64,000 nucleotides of DNA from an uncultured Dehalococcoidia bacterium (GTDB taxonomy: Bacteria; Chloroflexota; Dehalococcoidia; Lucifugimonadales; UBA826): positions 24,967-88,966 of the forward strand of contig CAZCOH010000001.1 of the NCBI GenBank assembly GCA_964500645.1. Direction: 5' to 3'. The position numbers and the translations under genes are program-made. Shown one piece after another: positions 10,061-20,973 of this stretch; the stretch's first letter is position 1, and every line of letters starts with the position of its first letter. Below the pieces are notes generated by a model. It was given only the letters and a program-made list of their open reading frames with translations. It ran no database searches and was not told the origin of the DNA.

Positions 10061-11161
10061 TTATTCAACAGTTGCGGTGTATTCTTTCTTCAACAGATCC
10101 CAATCAATTTCATATCCCAATCCAGGTTTGGTAGGAGCATGAACAACCCCCCCGTCAAAAACAATATCCTCTACTAACCCGTACATGTTTGCACCTGTGC
10201 ATGGAAAGAATTCGAAAAATTCGCAATTAGGCACAGCCATTGTGACATGAAGATTTGCAACGTTATTAAGAGAATTACCGCCATGGTGTATCTCACACTT
10301 CATGTTAAATCCCTCGGCGAGATGAGCTAGTCGTATCATGGGAGTAATACCACCAGTAACGGCGACATCTCCTCGCAAAATATCAGTCGCATATTGAGTA
10401 ATCCACGACGTCATCCCATAATAGCGGCCCGGTGCATATTCAGTAGACATTATAGGAATATCAAGCTTCTGATGAAGCTTGATATAGTTATATATATCCT
10501 CCTCAACCAAAGGATCCTCATACCAATAAAAGTTTAAATCTTCTATAGCCCTTCCTACGCGAAGAGCATCCTCATACTGATAAGCCCACATGGAATCAAG
10601 CATCAATTTCATATCCCCACCAACAGCATCACGAACAGCTTCTGAAATTTCAATATCGTACAATGGGTCACCGTGCGGATGTATCTTGTGTGCTGTCCAC
10701 CCCATTTCTTTAAATCTAATAGCTTCTTCCGCGTATTCTTCTTTAGTTTCATGATAAGCAGTGCTGGAATACACAGGAACCGTTTCTTTACAGGTTCCTA
10801 GAAGCCTGTGAATAGGTTGATTAGCTATTTTTCCATTTATATCCCACAAGCAAATATCAACTGCACCGATGACGTAAGTTGATACAGACCTATTCATTTT
10901 CCATAGATCCCACCATATGGCCCCAATATCCTGCGGATTACGACCCATAATAATTGGCTTAATAAATTCTATGAGACCGGGTGCGAAATGGTCAGCCCCA
11001 ACACGGGAGGAACCAAGAAAAGCGTTCCCATTTATTCCTTCGTCGGTCTCAACAGTAACCACACCCAGTTGGCGAGTCTTTCCGAAACTGGTACCAACCC
11101 CTGTTTTCCATGGCTCAGAATCCCAGTTAAACATATCTACTTTTACGTTGGTGATTTTCAC
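10061..11161 (-). CDS. Enolase-superfamily enzyme (mandelate racemase-like), paralog 2
   Basis: 366 aa. MKITNVKV start, ...CLWDINGK..., LDSMWAY, YEDP and STEY motif positions. Confidence 0.88.
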   Translation of the reverse strand: MKITNVKVDMFNWDSEPWKTGVGTSFGKTRQLGVVTVETDEGINGNAFLGSSRVGADHFAPGLIEFIKPIIMGRNPQDIGAIWWDLWKMNRSVSTYVIGAVDICLWDINGKIANQPIHRLLGTCKETVPVYSSTAYHETKEEYAEEAIRFKEMGWTAHKIHPHGDPLYDIEISEAVRDAVGGDMKLMLDSMWAYQYEDALRVGRAIEDLNFYWYEDPLVEEDIYNYIKLHQKLDIPIMSTEYAPGRYYGMTSWITQYATDILRGDVAVTGGITPMIRLAHLAEGFNMKCEIHHGGNSLNNVANLHVTMAVPNCEFFEFFPCTGANMYGLVEDIVFDGGVVHAPTKPGLGYEIDWDLLKKEYTATVE

Positions 11162-11203
11162 AATATAGTCCTTTAGATAGTCAAATCTCGCCTGCTGGTC
11201 CTC

Positions 11204-12634
11204 TTATTTACAAATCTCGGGTAGTTTCTCCCAGAATCCCGTGGCATTTTCAAATGCCTTGGCCAATTGTAATACACCGATCTCATCCCGATATCTACCG
11301 ACAATTTGCAATCCAACGGGCAAACCCTCATTTGTAAATCCACAAGGAACTGAAATCGCTGGATGTCCGGTGGCAGTTATGTAATAACAAGATTTCATCC
11401 AAGCAATGAAATTCTCCATCGGGACTCCATTTATTTCCTCAACCCACCGCTGATTGATATCAAACGGAGGTCTCTGGCTCACCGGACACAATAGAAATTC
11501 ATGTTTTTCCATGAAACTATTCATTCTTTGAAAAAGTTCCATTCTTTTACTTTCAGCCCATCCTACCTGAGGACCTGTCAATTTCACCCCCTGCTCAATG
11601 TCCCATATCATCGTGTCCTTAAGATCTTTTCTGTTACTTTTCAGAAGCCCTCCCTGGTTAATTTCTCTCCCCCACCCTCTCCATATCAAAAAAATTTCAT
11701 TAGCATCTGTGAAATCTGGTTCGGCCTCGTAGACATTACACCCGATGTCATCAAATACATGTCTCTGAGACTGAAGCACCTCAGTTGTCCTTGGATCAAT
11801 CGGTAGTCCTCCCAAACTGTCACTCCATGCAATAGACACCCCCTGAAAATCTCTTTCTAGGGAACCCAAAAATTTGCTGCCTGCCTCCACAATAGAAATG
11901 GGTACCCTAGAATCAGGACCAGAAATCGCAGAAAGCAAAAGAGCACAGTCACTTACATTTCTAGCCATAGGACCTTGAACGGAGATTGGACTCCATCCCA
12001 CTCTCGAGGGAAATGAAGGAACCCTTCCTGGTGACGGCCTAAATCCGACAACATTGCAAAAATTCGCCGGATTCCTAAGTGAACCTCCCGTATCACTTCC
12101 ATCAGCCAGTGGAATCATGCGAGTAGCTAGAGACACGGCCGCACCTCCACTACTACCTCCGCAAGTCTTCGCAATATCATATGGATTCAAGGTTTCTCCA
12201 AAAACTTCATTGAAAGTTTGAGAACCGGCTCCAAATTCTGGTGTATTGGTCTTTCCTATTGTGATAGCACCTGCTGACTGCATTCTTTCCACTATCAAAG
12301 CATTATAGTCAGGTACATATTCAGAGAATAACGGCGAGCCAAAGGTAGTTCGCATGCCTTTCGTCGGAACAAGATCTTTATGAGCTACAGGAAGGCCATG
12401 AAGCAATCCAACATCATCACCTCTTTTAATTGCTCTATCAGCAACATCAGCATCTCTCAAACCTTTGTCTGCATCTAATGTAACTATTGCATTAACTTTA
12501 GGGTTAATATCCTCAATCTGCTGCAGGTGTGCTTCCATCACCTCCCTGCAAGATATGTCCCCATTGCGAATAAGTGCGGACATGTCCAATGCTGTTAAAT
12601 TCACAATGGATGATGTTTCTGGGAAGTTTGACAA
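11204..12634 (-). CDS. Amidase (amidase-signature family)
   Basis: 476 aa. AHKDLV (catalytic Lys region) and GGSSGGAAVSLA signature. Confidence 0.9.
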   Translation of the reverse strand: MSNFPETSSIVNLTALDMSALIRNGDISCREVMEAHLQQIEDINPKVNAIVTLDADKGLRDADVADRAIKRGDDVGLLHGLPVAHKDLVPTKGMRTTFGSPLFSEYVPDYNALIVERMQSAGAITIGKTNTPEFGAGSQTFNEVFGETLNPYDIAKTCGGSSGGAAVSLATRMIPLADGSDTGGSLRNPANFCNVVGFRPSPGRVPSFPSRVGWSPISVQGPMARNVSDCALLLSAISGPDSRVPISIVEAGSKFLGSLERDFQGVSIAWSDSLGGLPIDPRTTEVLQSQRHVFDDIGCNVYEAEPDFTDANEIFLIWRGWGREINQGGLLKSNRKDLKDTMIWDIEQGVKLTGPQVGWAESKRMELFQRMNSFMEKHEFLLCPVSQRPPFDINQRWVEEINGVPMENFIAWMKSCYYITATGHPAISVPCGFTNEGLPVGLQIVGRYRDEIGVLQLAKAFENATGFWEKLPEICK

Positions 12635-12638
12635 CTTT

Positions 12639-13973
12639 CTACTCCGTGCCGGTAACAGATGCAGTTTCTATATATTCTTGCTCAGCTTTTTGCCAATCAG
12701 GAATAAGCAAGTTAGCGGGGTTTTCTAACATGACTATACTCACAGCGCCACCAACACTAGCCACTATAGATACAGCTAACGCCCAGTTGTACGAACCGAA
12801 CAAATCGAACACTGGTCCACCAATCCAACCACCAACAGCCATTCCTATTCCAGCTCCGAGCATCTGGAAACCATGGGCACCACCCATAGGAGCATGACCA
12901 AAATACTTCCTGTTCAATATCGGAAATCCCCCAGTCTCACCCCCGTATCCAACACCAAAAGTTATTGCAAATATAAAAAACACACCCGTCAGATCAGGCA
13001 TAAATAGAATAAGTACTGGAGCACCTTGAAGCACGTAGAATATTGACATCACACTTCTAACACCAAAGCGCTCACATAGGACTGGTGTAGTCAATCTAGT
13101 TGCAATACTAACAACGGACATAACAGTCACAATAAATGAAGCAGTAACCAGGGAAAGTCCGCCGTCAGTGGCCATGGGAATTATCCACACCAGTATCACC
13201 GCATGACCAACACATCCAAGAAAATGTATTGAACTCATATTGTAGTAAGCAGTAGTCTTTTTCATATGCCCACTAAATTCACGAAGCAATTTAACGGGGG
13301 GCAGTGAATCACTCAAAGGCGGATCATCATGAAGAGTCCCATAAGCTTTTAAAGACATGTCTCCAGGCCTATTTCTGAATATAGCAATCATTACCAACAT
13401 CAAAGAGGTTGAAACAGCACCGATTACTATAAATGACATTTCCCAACCCAACTTATCAATCGACAGGGCTATGAGCGGTGTAGCCAGTGCGGGGCCGACA
13501 CCCCACGATGCCATAATCAGGCCCATAGCAAGACCTAAATGTCTTCTAAACCAAATCATAGCGGCCGGTATCAATGGCACCAAGAATATTGCCTGAGCGA
13601 TACCTAGCACGACACCGTATGTGAGCCAGAAATGCCACAATTGTGTAACGAAAGCAGTAAGTAACATGCCCAAAAGAAAGACAGCGGCACCCATAATCAT
13701 GGATTTCTTTGCCCCAAATCTATCTCCAAGATTACCTGTGATTGGCGACACTGCAGCGGAAACAATACTGCTCAAAGCATAGGCAAACCCAATCCCATTC
13801 TGACTCCAACCGAATTGATCTTCCAGAGGTTGGATAAAAACCCCAAACCCCATGCGTATGGACGTGCCCACAATTTGCATCCCGGCGATTATGACTACAA
13901 TCACCCAAGCATAATGCCAGTACAATGCACGTTGTGTGTTAGGAACTGGAGACTTTGTTTTATCTACACTCAA
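12639..13973 (-). CDS. MFS transporter (oxalate/formate antiporter-like)
   Basis: 444 aa, 12 helices, GNLGDRFGAKK loop motif. Confidence 0.85.
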   Translation of the reverse strand: MSVDKTKSPVPNTQRALYWHYAWVIVVIIAGMQIVGTSIRMGFGVFIQPLEDQFGWSQNGIGFAYALSSIVSAAVSPITGNLGDRFGAKKSMIMGAAVFLLGMLLTAFVTQLWHFWLTYGVVLGIAQAIFLVPLIPAAMIWFRRHLGLAMGLIMASWGVGPALATPLIALSIDKLGWEMSFIVIGAVSTSLMLVMIAIFRNRPGDMSLKAYGTLHDDPPLSDSLPPVKLLREFSGHMKKTTAYYNMSSIHFLGCVGHAVILVWIIPMATDGGLSLVTASFIVTVMSVVSIATRLTTPVLCERFGVRSVMSIFYVLQGAPVLILFMPDLTGVFFIFAITFGVGYGGETGGFPILNRKYFGHAPMGGAHGFQMLGAGIGMAVGGWIGGPVFDLFGSYNWALAVSIVASVGGAVSIVMLENPANLLIPDWQKAEQEYIETASVTGTE

Positions 13974-14032
13974 CTAAATTTCCTTTTAAACGTACGATTT
14001 CAATATTGAAAGGTCAAAACTCTTACGATAAA

Positions 14033-14257
14033 TTAGTGCAATGGACACGCCCATATTGCAGCTTCCTCCCATTTGTATGAATCCACAGAACTAACTTCAA
14101 TATCCCGCCCACGAGCCTCGATTCTGGAAGTTGCGGTAGCTGCAGCCAAGTACAAAACTATGATAGCACTCAGTACAAAAATCAATAAGAACTGAATCGG
14201 AAAACCATACACTCTCATTTCGATTTTTGCGCCACTCCCAGATAAGGTTTGAGACAT
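14033..14257 (-). CDS. Hypothetical small single-pass membrane protein
   Basis: 74 aa ORF (or 61 aa from the internal Met) with one hydrophobic helix. It lies 60 nt upstream of the MFS gene on the same strand. No recognisable family. Confidence 0.3.
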   Translation of the reverse strand: MSQTLSGSGAKIEMRVYGFPIQFLLIFVLSAIIVLYLAAATATSRIEARGRDIEVSSVDSYKWEEAAIWACPLH

Positions 14258-14446
14258 TATAATTCTCGTTGTATGAAAAAGTCGCTATTCCTAACTTCAA
14301 TTCTCCTCAGATCCACGACAACAAACTACTTATTGAGAGTAAATAGGATGAAATAGTGAAAGGATCGCCAGCATTTGATACCCTTGCCGCAAATCATAAA
14401 GTCTATAAATCTTCATTTTATGGAAATAGTATCAAGGAGTGCCAGT

Positions 14447-15235
14447 ATGAGAAAGAATTCACTTAGAGAAAAATTAAACCAAGATAAACCCACGTTAAGC
14501 ACACATATTCATAGCGTCTGGCCGACACAAATTGAGGCCCTGGGTCACACTGGGTTATATGACTATGTAGAATTTGTAGCAGAGTACGGACCCTCAGACC
14601 TTCATGACCTAGACAACATGTGTAGGGCAGCAGAATTACACAACCTAGGATCGATGTTTAAAATCGACCAAAGCCAAATGCCCTTTCTGGCCCAGAGAGG
14701 TATAGGAGCAGGGTTCGAAAGTATATTGTTCACCGATGTAAGAAGCATTGAAGAAGTGAGAGAATGCATAACCGCCGCACGTCCTGATCATCCAGACCAC
14801 AAGGGCCTGTATGGAGTGGCCACCAGAAGAAATTCGTACTGGGGATATGGGGGATCACAGGAATACGTAGATGCTATAGGAGACACTGTATTAGCCTTCA
14901 TGATAGAGAAAAAAGGCGCTGTGGATAATCTCGAAGAGATTCTAGAAGAACCTGGAGTCGAAATGGTTCAATGGGGAGGAGCTGACTTTTCCATGAACGT
15001 AGGTAAACCTCGTCAGATGAAGGATCCAGAAGTGGCAGATGCGATGAAAAAAACATTTGAGTTATCAATAAAAATGGGAGTACCTCCCAGAGCTGAAATA
15101 CAATCTGCCGATGAAATGAAACAGTATTTAGATTGGGGCGTACGGCATTTCTCGCTAGGTACTGACGTAGTCATTTTATATAACTACTGGAAAAATGAAG
15201 GAGAAAAAGTTCTGAGAGCAATGGAAGGGGAATAA
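14447..15235 (+). CDS. HpcH/HpaI family aldolase (2-keto-3-deoxy acid aldolase-like)
   Basis: Track ORF 14375..15235. I prefer ATG 14447, which is preceded by AAGGAG (14434..). Fold-level similarity to the two other aldolase paralogs (24914, 63147). Confidence 0.75.
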   Translation: MRKNSLREKLNQDKPTLSTHIHSVWPTQIEALGHTGLYDYVEFVAEYGPSDLHDLDNMCRAAELHNLGSMFKIDQSQMPFLAQRGIGAGFESILFTDVRSIEEVRECITAARPDHPDHKGLYGVATRRNSYWGYGGSQEYVDAIGDTVLAFMIEKKGAVDNLEEILEEPGVEMVQWGGADFSMNVGKPRQMKDPEVADAMKKTFELSIKMGVPPRAEIQSADEMKQYLDWGVRHFSLGTDVVILYNYWKNEGEKVLRAMEGE

Positions 15236-15256
15236 ATCCCCATAAGGATTAAATCA

Positions 15257-16051
15257 ATGGATCTAGAACTTAGCGGAAAAAAAGCGGTTATAACTGGAGG
15301 CAGTCGTGGAATAGGCAAATCTATCGCTATGTCTCTAGCAAAAGAAGGCGCTGAGGTGTCAATTTGCTCTAGATCGATGGAAACGCTTAAAAGCACAGCC
15401 AGAGAAATAGAATTAGAGACATCACAAAGAGTTTTCTTTTCAGAGGCAGACACTACCAGCATGGAGTCGGTTAATGATTTTATAGAATTTTCTGCTACTT
15501 CCCTAGGAGGTATCGACATTCTCATAAACAATGCCGCCGCACCAGGAGGGCTCGTAATGGGACCCCTTGATACAGCTGACCCAGATGAATTGCTCTCTGA
15601 CATCGATACGAAGGTGGTAGGCTACTTGAGATCTGCCAAGGCCGCTGCACCTTACATGAAATCCAAGGGATGGGGTCGAATTATCAACATTGGTGGACTA
15701 GCCGCCAGAAGTGGTGGGGCAATAAGTGGCATGAGAAACCTAGCTCTATCCCATTTCACTAAAACGTTGTCAAATGAACTAGGACCTTTCGGAATAACAG
15801 TAAACATAGTTCACCCGGGCGCCACTAGAACCGAAAGAACAGCGCCGCTTAACGAAAAACAGGCCGCTGAAAACAATTTAACGGTAGAAGAGATTGAAAG
15901 GAAATCTGCGGCTAACATAGATATCCGTAGAATTGTGGAATCCGATGAAATCGCCCACCTGACTACTTTTTTGGCATCACCAAAAGCGGCCGCAATTACC
16001 GGAGAATCTATTGCTGCTGGGGGTGGAGCTGGGTCAGCAGTGTTTCAATAG
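15257..16051 (+). CDS. Short-chain dehydrogenase/reductase (SDR)
   Basis: 264 aa. TGGSRGIGKSIA cofactor motif and NNAA. Confidence 0.9.
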   Translation: MDLELSGKKAVITGGSRGIGKSIAMSLAKEGAEVSICSRSMETLKSTAREIELETSQRVFFSEADTTSMESVNDFIEFSATSLGGIDILINNAAAPGGLVMGPLDTADPDELLSDIDTKVVGYLRSAKAAAPYMKSKGWGRIINIGGLAARSGGAISGMRNLALSHFTKTLSNELGPFGITVNIVHPGATRTERTAPLNEKQAAENNLTVEEIERKSAANIDIRRIVESDEIAHLTTFLASPKAAAITGESIAAGGGAGSAVFQ

Positions 16052-16077
16052 CATAGTAAGAAAAGAGGGATACAAAC

Positions 16078-16833
16078 ATGTATACAACTGATCAATTTGA
16101 AGGCATGATCGCCGAAACTACAGTGATAAAAGGTCACAATGGCGACCTGATAAATGCATACTACGCACGGCCAGCAGGTCCAGGGCCATTTCCATCAGTT
16201 GTCCTCATACACCACCTACCGGGATGGGACGAACTCTATCGGGAATTCACCAGGAGAATTGCTCATCACGGTTACCTAGCAATCAGCCCAGACCTATACT
16301 GTCGTGAAGCTAAGGGAACACCTGAAGATGTTGCCGCAGCAGTCAGAGCCGATGGAGGAGTATCTGACGAACAAGCACTCGGAGACATTCAAGGTGCCGC
16401 AGAATATGTGCTTGCTCTCCCTACATCGAACGGTAAAGTAGGTACTTTTGGAACCTGCTCGGGTGGAAGGCATGCTTTTCTAGCGGGATGTCGTTTAACG
16501 ATATTCGATGCTGTTGTTGAGTGTTGGGGTGGAAATGTAATCATGAACTCCGATCAACTGAGCGACAAACAACCCGTCTCACCTAATGAATACACCAAAG
16601 ATTTAAATGCCCCCCTGTTGGGTATTTTCGGAAACTTAGACCAAAGTCCAACTCCCGATCAAGTAAACCAGCATGAAAACGAGCTGAAAAAGGCAGGAAA
16701 AAGCATCGAATTCCATAGGTATGACGATGCCGGACATGGATTTTTCTATTACGACCGTGGAGCATACCATCAACCTTCCGCCGTAGATGGGTGGGAAAAA
16801 ATGTTCAATTTCCTGTCAAAAAATCTCAAGTAA
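16078..16833 (+). CDS. Dienelactone hydrolase family protein
   Basis: 251 aa. ...PSVVLIHHLPGWDE..., nucleophile elbow GTCSGG, C-terminal DAGHGF. Confidence 0.8.
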   Translation: MYTTDQFEGMIAETTVIKGHNGDLINAYYARPAGPGPFPSVVLIHHLPGWDELYREFTRRIAHHGYLAISPDLYCREAKGTPEDVAAAVRADGGVSDEQALGDIQGAAEYVLALPTSNGKVGTFGTCSGGRHAFLAGCRLTIFDAVVECWGGNVIMNSDQLSDKQPVSPNEYTKDLNAPLLGIFGNLDQSPTPDQVNQHENELKKAGKSIEFHRYDDAGHGFFYYDRGAYHQPSAVDGWEKMFNFLSKNLK

Positions 16834-16848
16834 TTAGGGAGCTAGATT

Positions 16849-17133
16849 ATGTGCACCATGATATGTGAGAAAGCATCCGTAGAGGGTAGCGCTAGAGGGT
16901 CAGAAGGATGGTTCCCTTTGAAGGGGGTAAATGTCTCATACGACCACCCAATGCATGCTCCATGGGAATATGGAATAAACCTAGACTTTGTCAACCCAGA
17001 GCGTGGTGTAGGAGCTAGAGTAGCTGTGGAACTTAGTCCTGAGTCAGCAGTACAACTCGCACATACTATAATTGCCGCTCTTGAAAGAGGAGAAAAAGAC
17101 CCACAAATAACAGTTTCTGTTTTAAATAAGTAA
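16849..17133 (+). CDS. Hypothetical protein
   Basis: 94 aa, preceded by an SD (AGGGAG), co-oriented with the upstream operon. No family recognised. Confidence 0.5.
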   Translation: MCTMICEKASVEGSARGSEGWFPLKGVNVSYDHPMHAPWEYGINLDFVNPERGVGARVAVELSPESAVQLAHTIIAALERGEKDPQITVSVLNK

Positions 17134-17148
17134 CCCGTTAAGGAAATG

Positions 17149-17523
17149 CTAACTCGACGTAGGCCTTGATAATATGTACCAAGTTCCTATAAGAGCCAGA
17201 ATCAACACCGGGATTTTGAACCAAAAAATATTATAGGGAGCAATCATAGATATCCCTGAAAATATCCATATGCAAGAAACAGATATGATTTTAGCTTTTC
17301 GCGGCATAGCACCAGTTTCCAGAAACCCTTTAACCAGTTTTCCAAACACTTTGTGTTCAGTTACCCAGCGATACATTTTCTCATTTGATCTTAGAAAGCA
17401 AGAAGCCGCTAAAATTAAGAAAACAGTACCCGGTAGACCCGGTAATATATAACCGGCTATACCTAGTCCCAAAAAGAAGAACCCGGCAACATATAAAAGA
17501 TAAATGCGAAATCGATGAAACAT
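17149..17523 (-). CDS. DUF454/YbaN family inner-membrane protein
   Basis: ...GIAGYILPGLPGTVFLILAASCFLRSNEKMYRWV... is the YbaN signature region. The track ORF extends to a TTG at 17616; I prefer ATG 17523. Confidence 0.7.
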   Translation of the reverse strand: MFHRFRIYLLYVAGFFFLGLGIAGYILPGLPGTVFLILAASCFLRSNEKMYRWVTEHKVFGKLVKGFLETGAMPRKAKIISVSCIWIFSGISMIAPYNIFWFKIPVLILALIGTWYILSRPTSS

Positions 17524-17647
17524 TCCTGATTTATAACCTTGATCAACAGATTCAGTAACGCCAAGGATAAAGGGTATCACGACTGATACGAGGCACAAAT
17601 ATCCCCTAAATATCAAAGTGGGAATAAGTGGAGACGAGAAAACCCAA

Positions 17648-18433
17648 ATGAGACTTCAAAACAAAGTAGCAGTAATAACTGGAGGTGCCTCAGGCATGGG
17701 ACGCGCAGCTGCAGAATTATTTTCTGCTAACGGGGCGGCAGTGGTAATAGCTGGCCGAAGATTTTCTGAAGGGGAAAAAGTCGCCGAAAATATCAAAGAG
17801 AACAACAAAAATGATTGTATTTTCGTACAGACAGACGTTTCGGATCCTGAGCAAACTTCGGAGCTAATGGCTAAGACAAAAGAAGCGTTTGGAAAAATAG
17901 ATATCCTGTTTAATAATGCGGGCATTAACAACCATTTAGAAGGTGATCCACATAATGAAGATATAGAAATTTTTGAGTCCGTCATAGACGTCAATTTGAA
18001 AGGTTCATTTCTGTGCACAAAATACGCCGTACCTTACATGATTGAAAACGGTCAAGGGTCGATAATAAACAATTCTTCAGTACTTGACAGTCGAGCTGCC
18101 AACAACTCCTCTACTTCATACCACGTGTCAAAAGGAGGATTAGCTATGTTGACCAAAAAGTCAGCTTTGGCTTATGCCAAATACAATATAAGAGTCAACA
18201 CAATCCAACCTGGAGCCATAGCTACAGAAATGTCTGGGATTAATTGGGATGAATTAACAGAAGACTCTGTGATCAAAAGACGATCAAGTATTCAGCCTCT
18301 ACAAAAAATGGGACATCCATATGACGTTGGATACGCTGCACTATATTTTGCATCTGATGAGTCCGGTTTTGTTACTGGTTCAACATTGCTTGTGGACGGC
18401 GGCATGAGTGCCGCCTACTCACCATCCCGATAA
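17648..18433 (+). CDS. Short-chain dehydrogenase/reductase (SDR)
   Basis: MRLQNKVAVITGGASGMGRAAA, NNAG, S...YxxxK (YHVSK). The track ORF starts at GTG 17618. Confidence 0.9.
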   Translation: MRLQNKVAVITGGASGMGRAAAELFSANGAAVVIAGRRFSEGEKVAENIKENNKNDCIFVQTDVSDPEQTSELMAKTKEAFGKIDILFNNAGINNHLEGDPHNEDIEIFESVIDVNLKGSFLCTKYAVPYMIENGQGSIINNSSVLDSRAANNSSTSYHVSKGGLAMLTKKSALAYAKYNIRVNTIQPGAIATEMSGINWDELTEDSVIKRRSSIQPLQKMGHPYDVGYAALYFASDESGFVTGSTLLVDGGMSAAYSPSR

Positions 18434-18654
18434 ATCCACACCTACTGGACTTTGTTCATTACCCGAAGCGTGGAAATATACCTCAAAATTTATCCTTTTT
18501 ATAAACCCTAGAGAGTCAACCAAATTTTGTACGCTATTTTCTACCAATTTCCTAAGGGATGTACTTTATTTTTTATACCCATCATCTAAGAACGGCATTA
18601 TAATCCTGTAACAGTGCTACTAAAAAGATCAACCTTCACAAAAAATAGAGTCAC

Positions 18655-19962
18655 GTGAGTTCCTCTAACACTCCATCAGGCAAGTTCTCTAAAGGAGAGG
18701 AATTTTCTCCGACTGAGAAAATTCGACCTTGGTCAGCATTTGAATTCCCTGGTTTTCGACTTATGTGGATATCAGGCCTGTCGTCTTCAGTCACCATGCA
18801 GATGAGAAATCTAGGGTTCGGAGTCTGGCTTTACCAAGAGACAGGTTCAGGCTTAATGCTGGGATTAATCGGCATAGTTCAGCTTTTTTCACAAATGCCA
18901 GCGACCCTATTTGGAGGCGCTTTTGCGGACTCAATGGATAGAAAAAAATTAATTGCCTCGACACAGGCATTTAGCTTCCTACTGATTTTGGTGGCCGCTG
19001 TTCTTCTACTAACTGACCAGCTATCCCCATGGCATATATATCTGATAGTTTTGATTTTGGGACTTACTAGCACTTTGGGTGGCCCTGCAAGGTCTGCTAT
19101 AACAGCTAACATTGTCCCTACCACACACCTCATGCATGCCGTAACATCAAATACAGCGACACAACAGATTAGCCTTATATTAAGTCCTCTTCTGTTTTCA
19201 GGGGCTTATGAGTTTATAGGGCTTTCCGCAGTTTTCATCATTGGAGTGATTACCGCTATACCAGCAACATTTCTACCCCTCCTCGTAACGCCCAAATATG
19301 GAGGCGACAAAGACGATAAAACGATTCAAGCCCCAATGACAAAAAGAATATGGGAAGGTTTCCAATTTGTGAGAAATCATCCCATACTGCCAGGACTCTA
19401 CACTATGGATATTGGGGTTACAGTGGTAAGTTTCTACAGAGAAATCATGCCCTTAATCGTAGATAAGATATTTAAACAAGGAGCCTGGGCAATTGGCCCC
19501 CTTGCAACCGCTAATTCAATTGGAGGGGTTGCCGGAAGTTTCATAGTTCTCTTTATGTCGAAATACCGAGCGAAGGGTATGCTGGTTTTGTTCGCCACAG
19601 GAACGTACTCCATACTTTTATTTGGATTCGGTTCACTTCAGTTTTTACCAGAAAACCCAATTTTATTATTGGTTATCGGAGGAATTATCATATCTGGTCT
19701 CGGATTGACTGACGCAGTAGGAATGACCACTAGGCAGACTACAGTACAACTCACTACCCCAGACAACATGAGAGGCAGAGCAGTCAGCTTCCATTCATTT
19801 TGTGCAATGTCAGCTAATAATATAGGGACCTTCGAAGTAGGATACATGTCTTCCAGAATAGGAGCTGGTAATACAATGCTATTAGGGGGAGCGGTATCTG
19901 TAGTCGTAGTGCTCTCTGTATGGAGATTTGTATCGGGCTTACGTAATTACAGATATCCGTAA
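18655..19962 (+). CDS. MFS transporter (EntS/MFS_3-like)
   Basis: 435 aa, 12 helices, GGAFADSMDRKK loop. GTG start. Confidence 0.85.
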   Translation: MSSSNTPSGKFSKGEEFSPTEKIRPWSAFEFPGFRLMWISGLSSSVTMQMRNLGFGVWLYQETGSGLMLGLIGIVQLFSQMPATLFGGAFADSMDRKKLIASTQAFSFLLILVAAVLLLTDQLSPWHIYLIVLILGLTSTLGGPARSAITANIVPTTHLMHAVTSNTATQQISLILSPLLFSGAYEFIGLSAVFIIGVITAIPATFLPLLVTPKYGGDKDDKTIQAPMTKRIWEGFQFVRNHPILPGLYTMDIGVTVVSFYREIMPLIVDKIFKQGAWAIGPLATANSIGGVAGSFIVLFMSKYRAKGMLVLFATGTYSILLFGFGSLQFLPENPILLLVIGGIIISGLGLTDAVGMTTRQTTVQLTTPDNMRGRAVSFHSFCAMSANNIGTFEVGYMSSRIGAGNTMLLGGAVSVVVVLSVWRFVSGLRNYRYP

Positions 19963-19967
19963 ACAGT

Positions 19968-20834
19968 TCAAATAATTGCCAATTTAGGCTCCACTTTTGG
20001 CGGCGACTGAAGGTCGATAATATTTTCCTGCTGCTCGACACTCAAACCCTCATACCTTTCTGCAGCATCCAACACCATAGGTAATAAAGAAGCTTCTCCA
20101 CAACTTGGCGCAGTGTGAATAGGTTGAGACAGCTGCCACCATAAGGCATTATCGATAGCTTCCTGGTCCCTATGAGGATCATACCAAGTTCCCATATCAG
20201 GAACGGAATCTCCCCACCCTCCTCTCGCAATCATTTTTATGGTCTGTATACCAATGTCCTTACTGTGACATATAGATATTAGTTCTTCAGCTTCCTTTCT
20301 GTAATCAGTATTTGCATACATAGTCGCATTAACAGGAAACATAACGGTATCAAAATCAAATCTCTTAATAGCTTCTATGTGAGTTTTTGGCACCGTCGGC
20401 CCATGCCCGGTTATGCCAAGCCATTTTGTAATACCTTGTTCCTTCATTTCAATCAATGCTTGTAAAGCACCATCAGGAGCCGTAACAATATCTAAAGTCT
20501 CAAGATCGATTACAGAATGTAACTGAAAAAGATCAAAAGTTTCCACCTGCATCCTTTTCATTATGTCTTCTATGTTTCTCCATGCTTCATCTCTCGTTCT
20601 CATGGGTGTCTTAGAGCCTAAAAACATTTGCTGTCTGAGATCTGGCATCCAAGGAGCTACTCTCTCCATAGCATTGGAATAACCAGGCGCTATATCTATA
20701 TGATTTACACCATGATCCAAACACAATTGGATGACATCATCTGCTTGTTCTTGAGTCAATTTACCCACTGAATATGATCCGAAAGTCACTACGGTGCTAT
20801 CGTGACCTGTTCTCCCAAGTCGGCGTTTTTCCAT
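19968..20834 (-). CDS. Aldo/keto reductase
   Basis: MEKRRLGRTGHDSTVVTFGS... N-terminus is typical of AKR. ATG 20834 is preceded by AAGGGG; the track ORF begins 2 codons earlier at TTG. Confidence 0.85.
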   Translation of the reverse strand: MEKRRLGRTGHDSTVVTFGSYSVGKLTQEQADDVIQLCLDHGVNHIDIAPGYSNAMERVAPWMPDLRQQMFLGSKTPMRTRDEAWRNIEDIMKRMQVETFDLFQLHSVIDLETLDIVTAPDGALQALIEMKEQGITKWLGITGHGPTVPKTHIEAIKRFDFDTVMFPVNATMYANTDYRKEAEELISICHSKDIGIQTIKMIARGGWGDSVPDMGTWYDPHRDQEAIDNALWWQLSQPIHTAPSCGEASLLPMVLDAAERYEGLSVEQQENIIDLQSPPKVEPKLAII

Positions 20835-20973
20835 GCCCAAATTCCCCTTAAGTTAATTGTCAAATATAATTTGATTAGAGTATATATATTTTTAAAATTT
20901 AACCTAGCTGCACTGACACGTAAAGAGAAGTCACAAAACTTTAGGCTATAACGGCTAACATAGGACTGATATT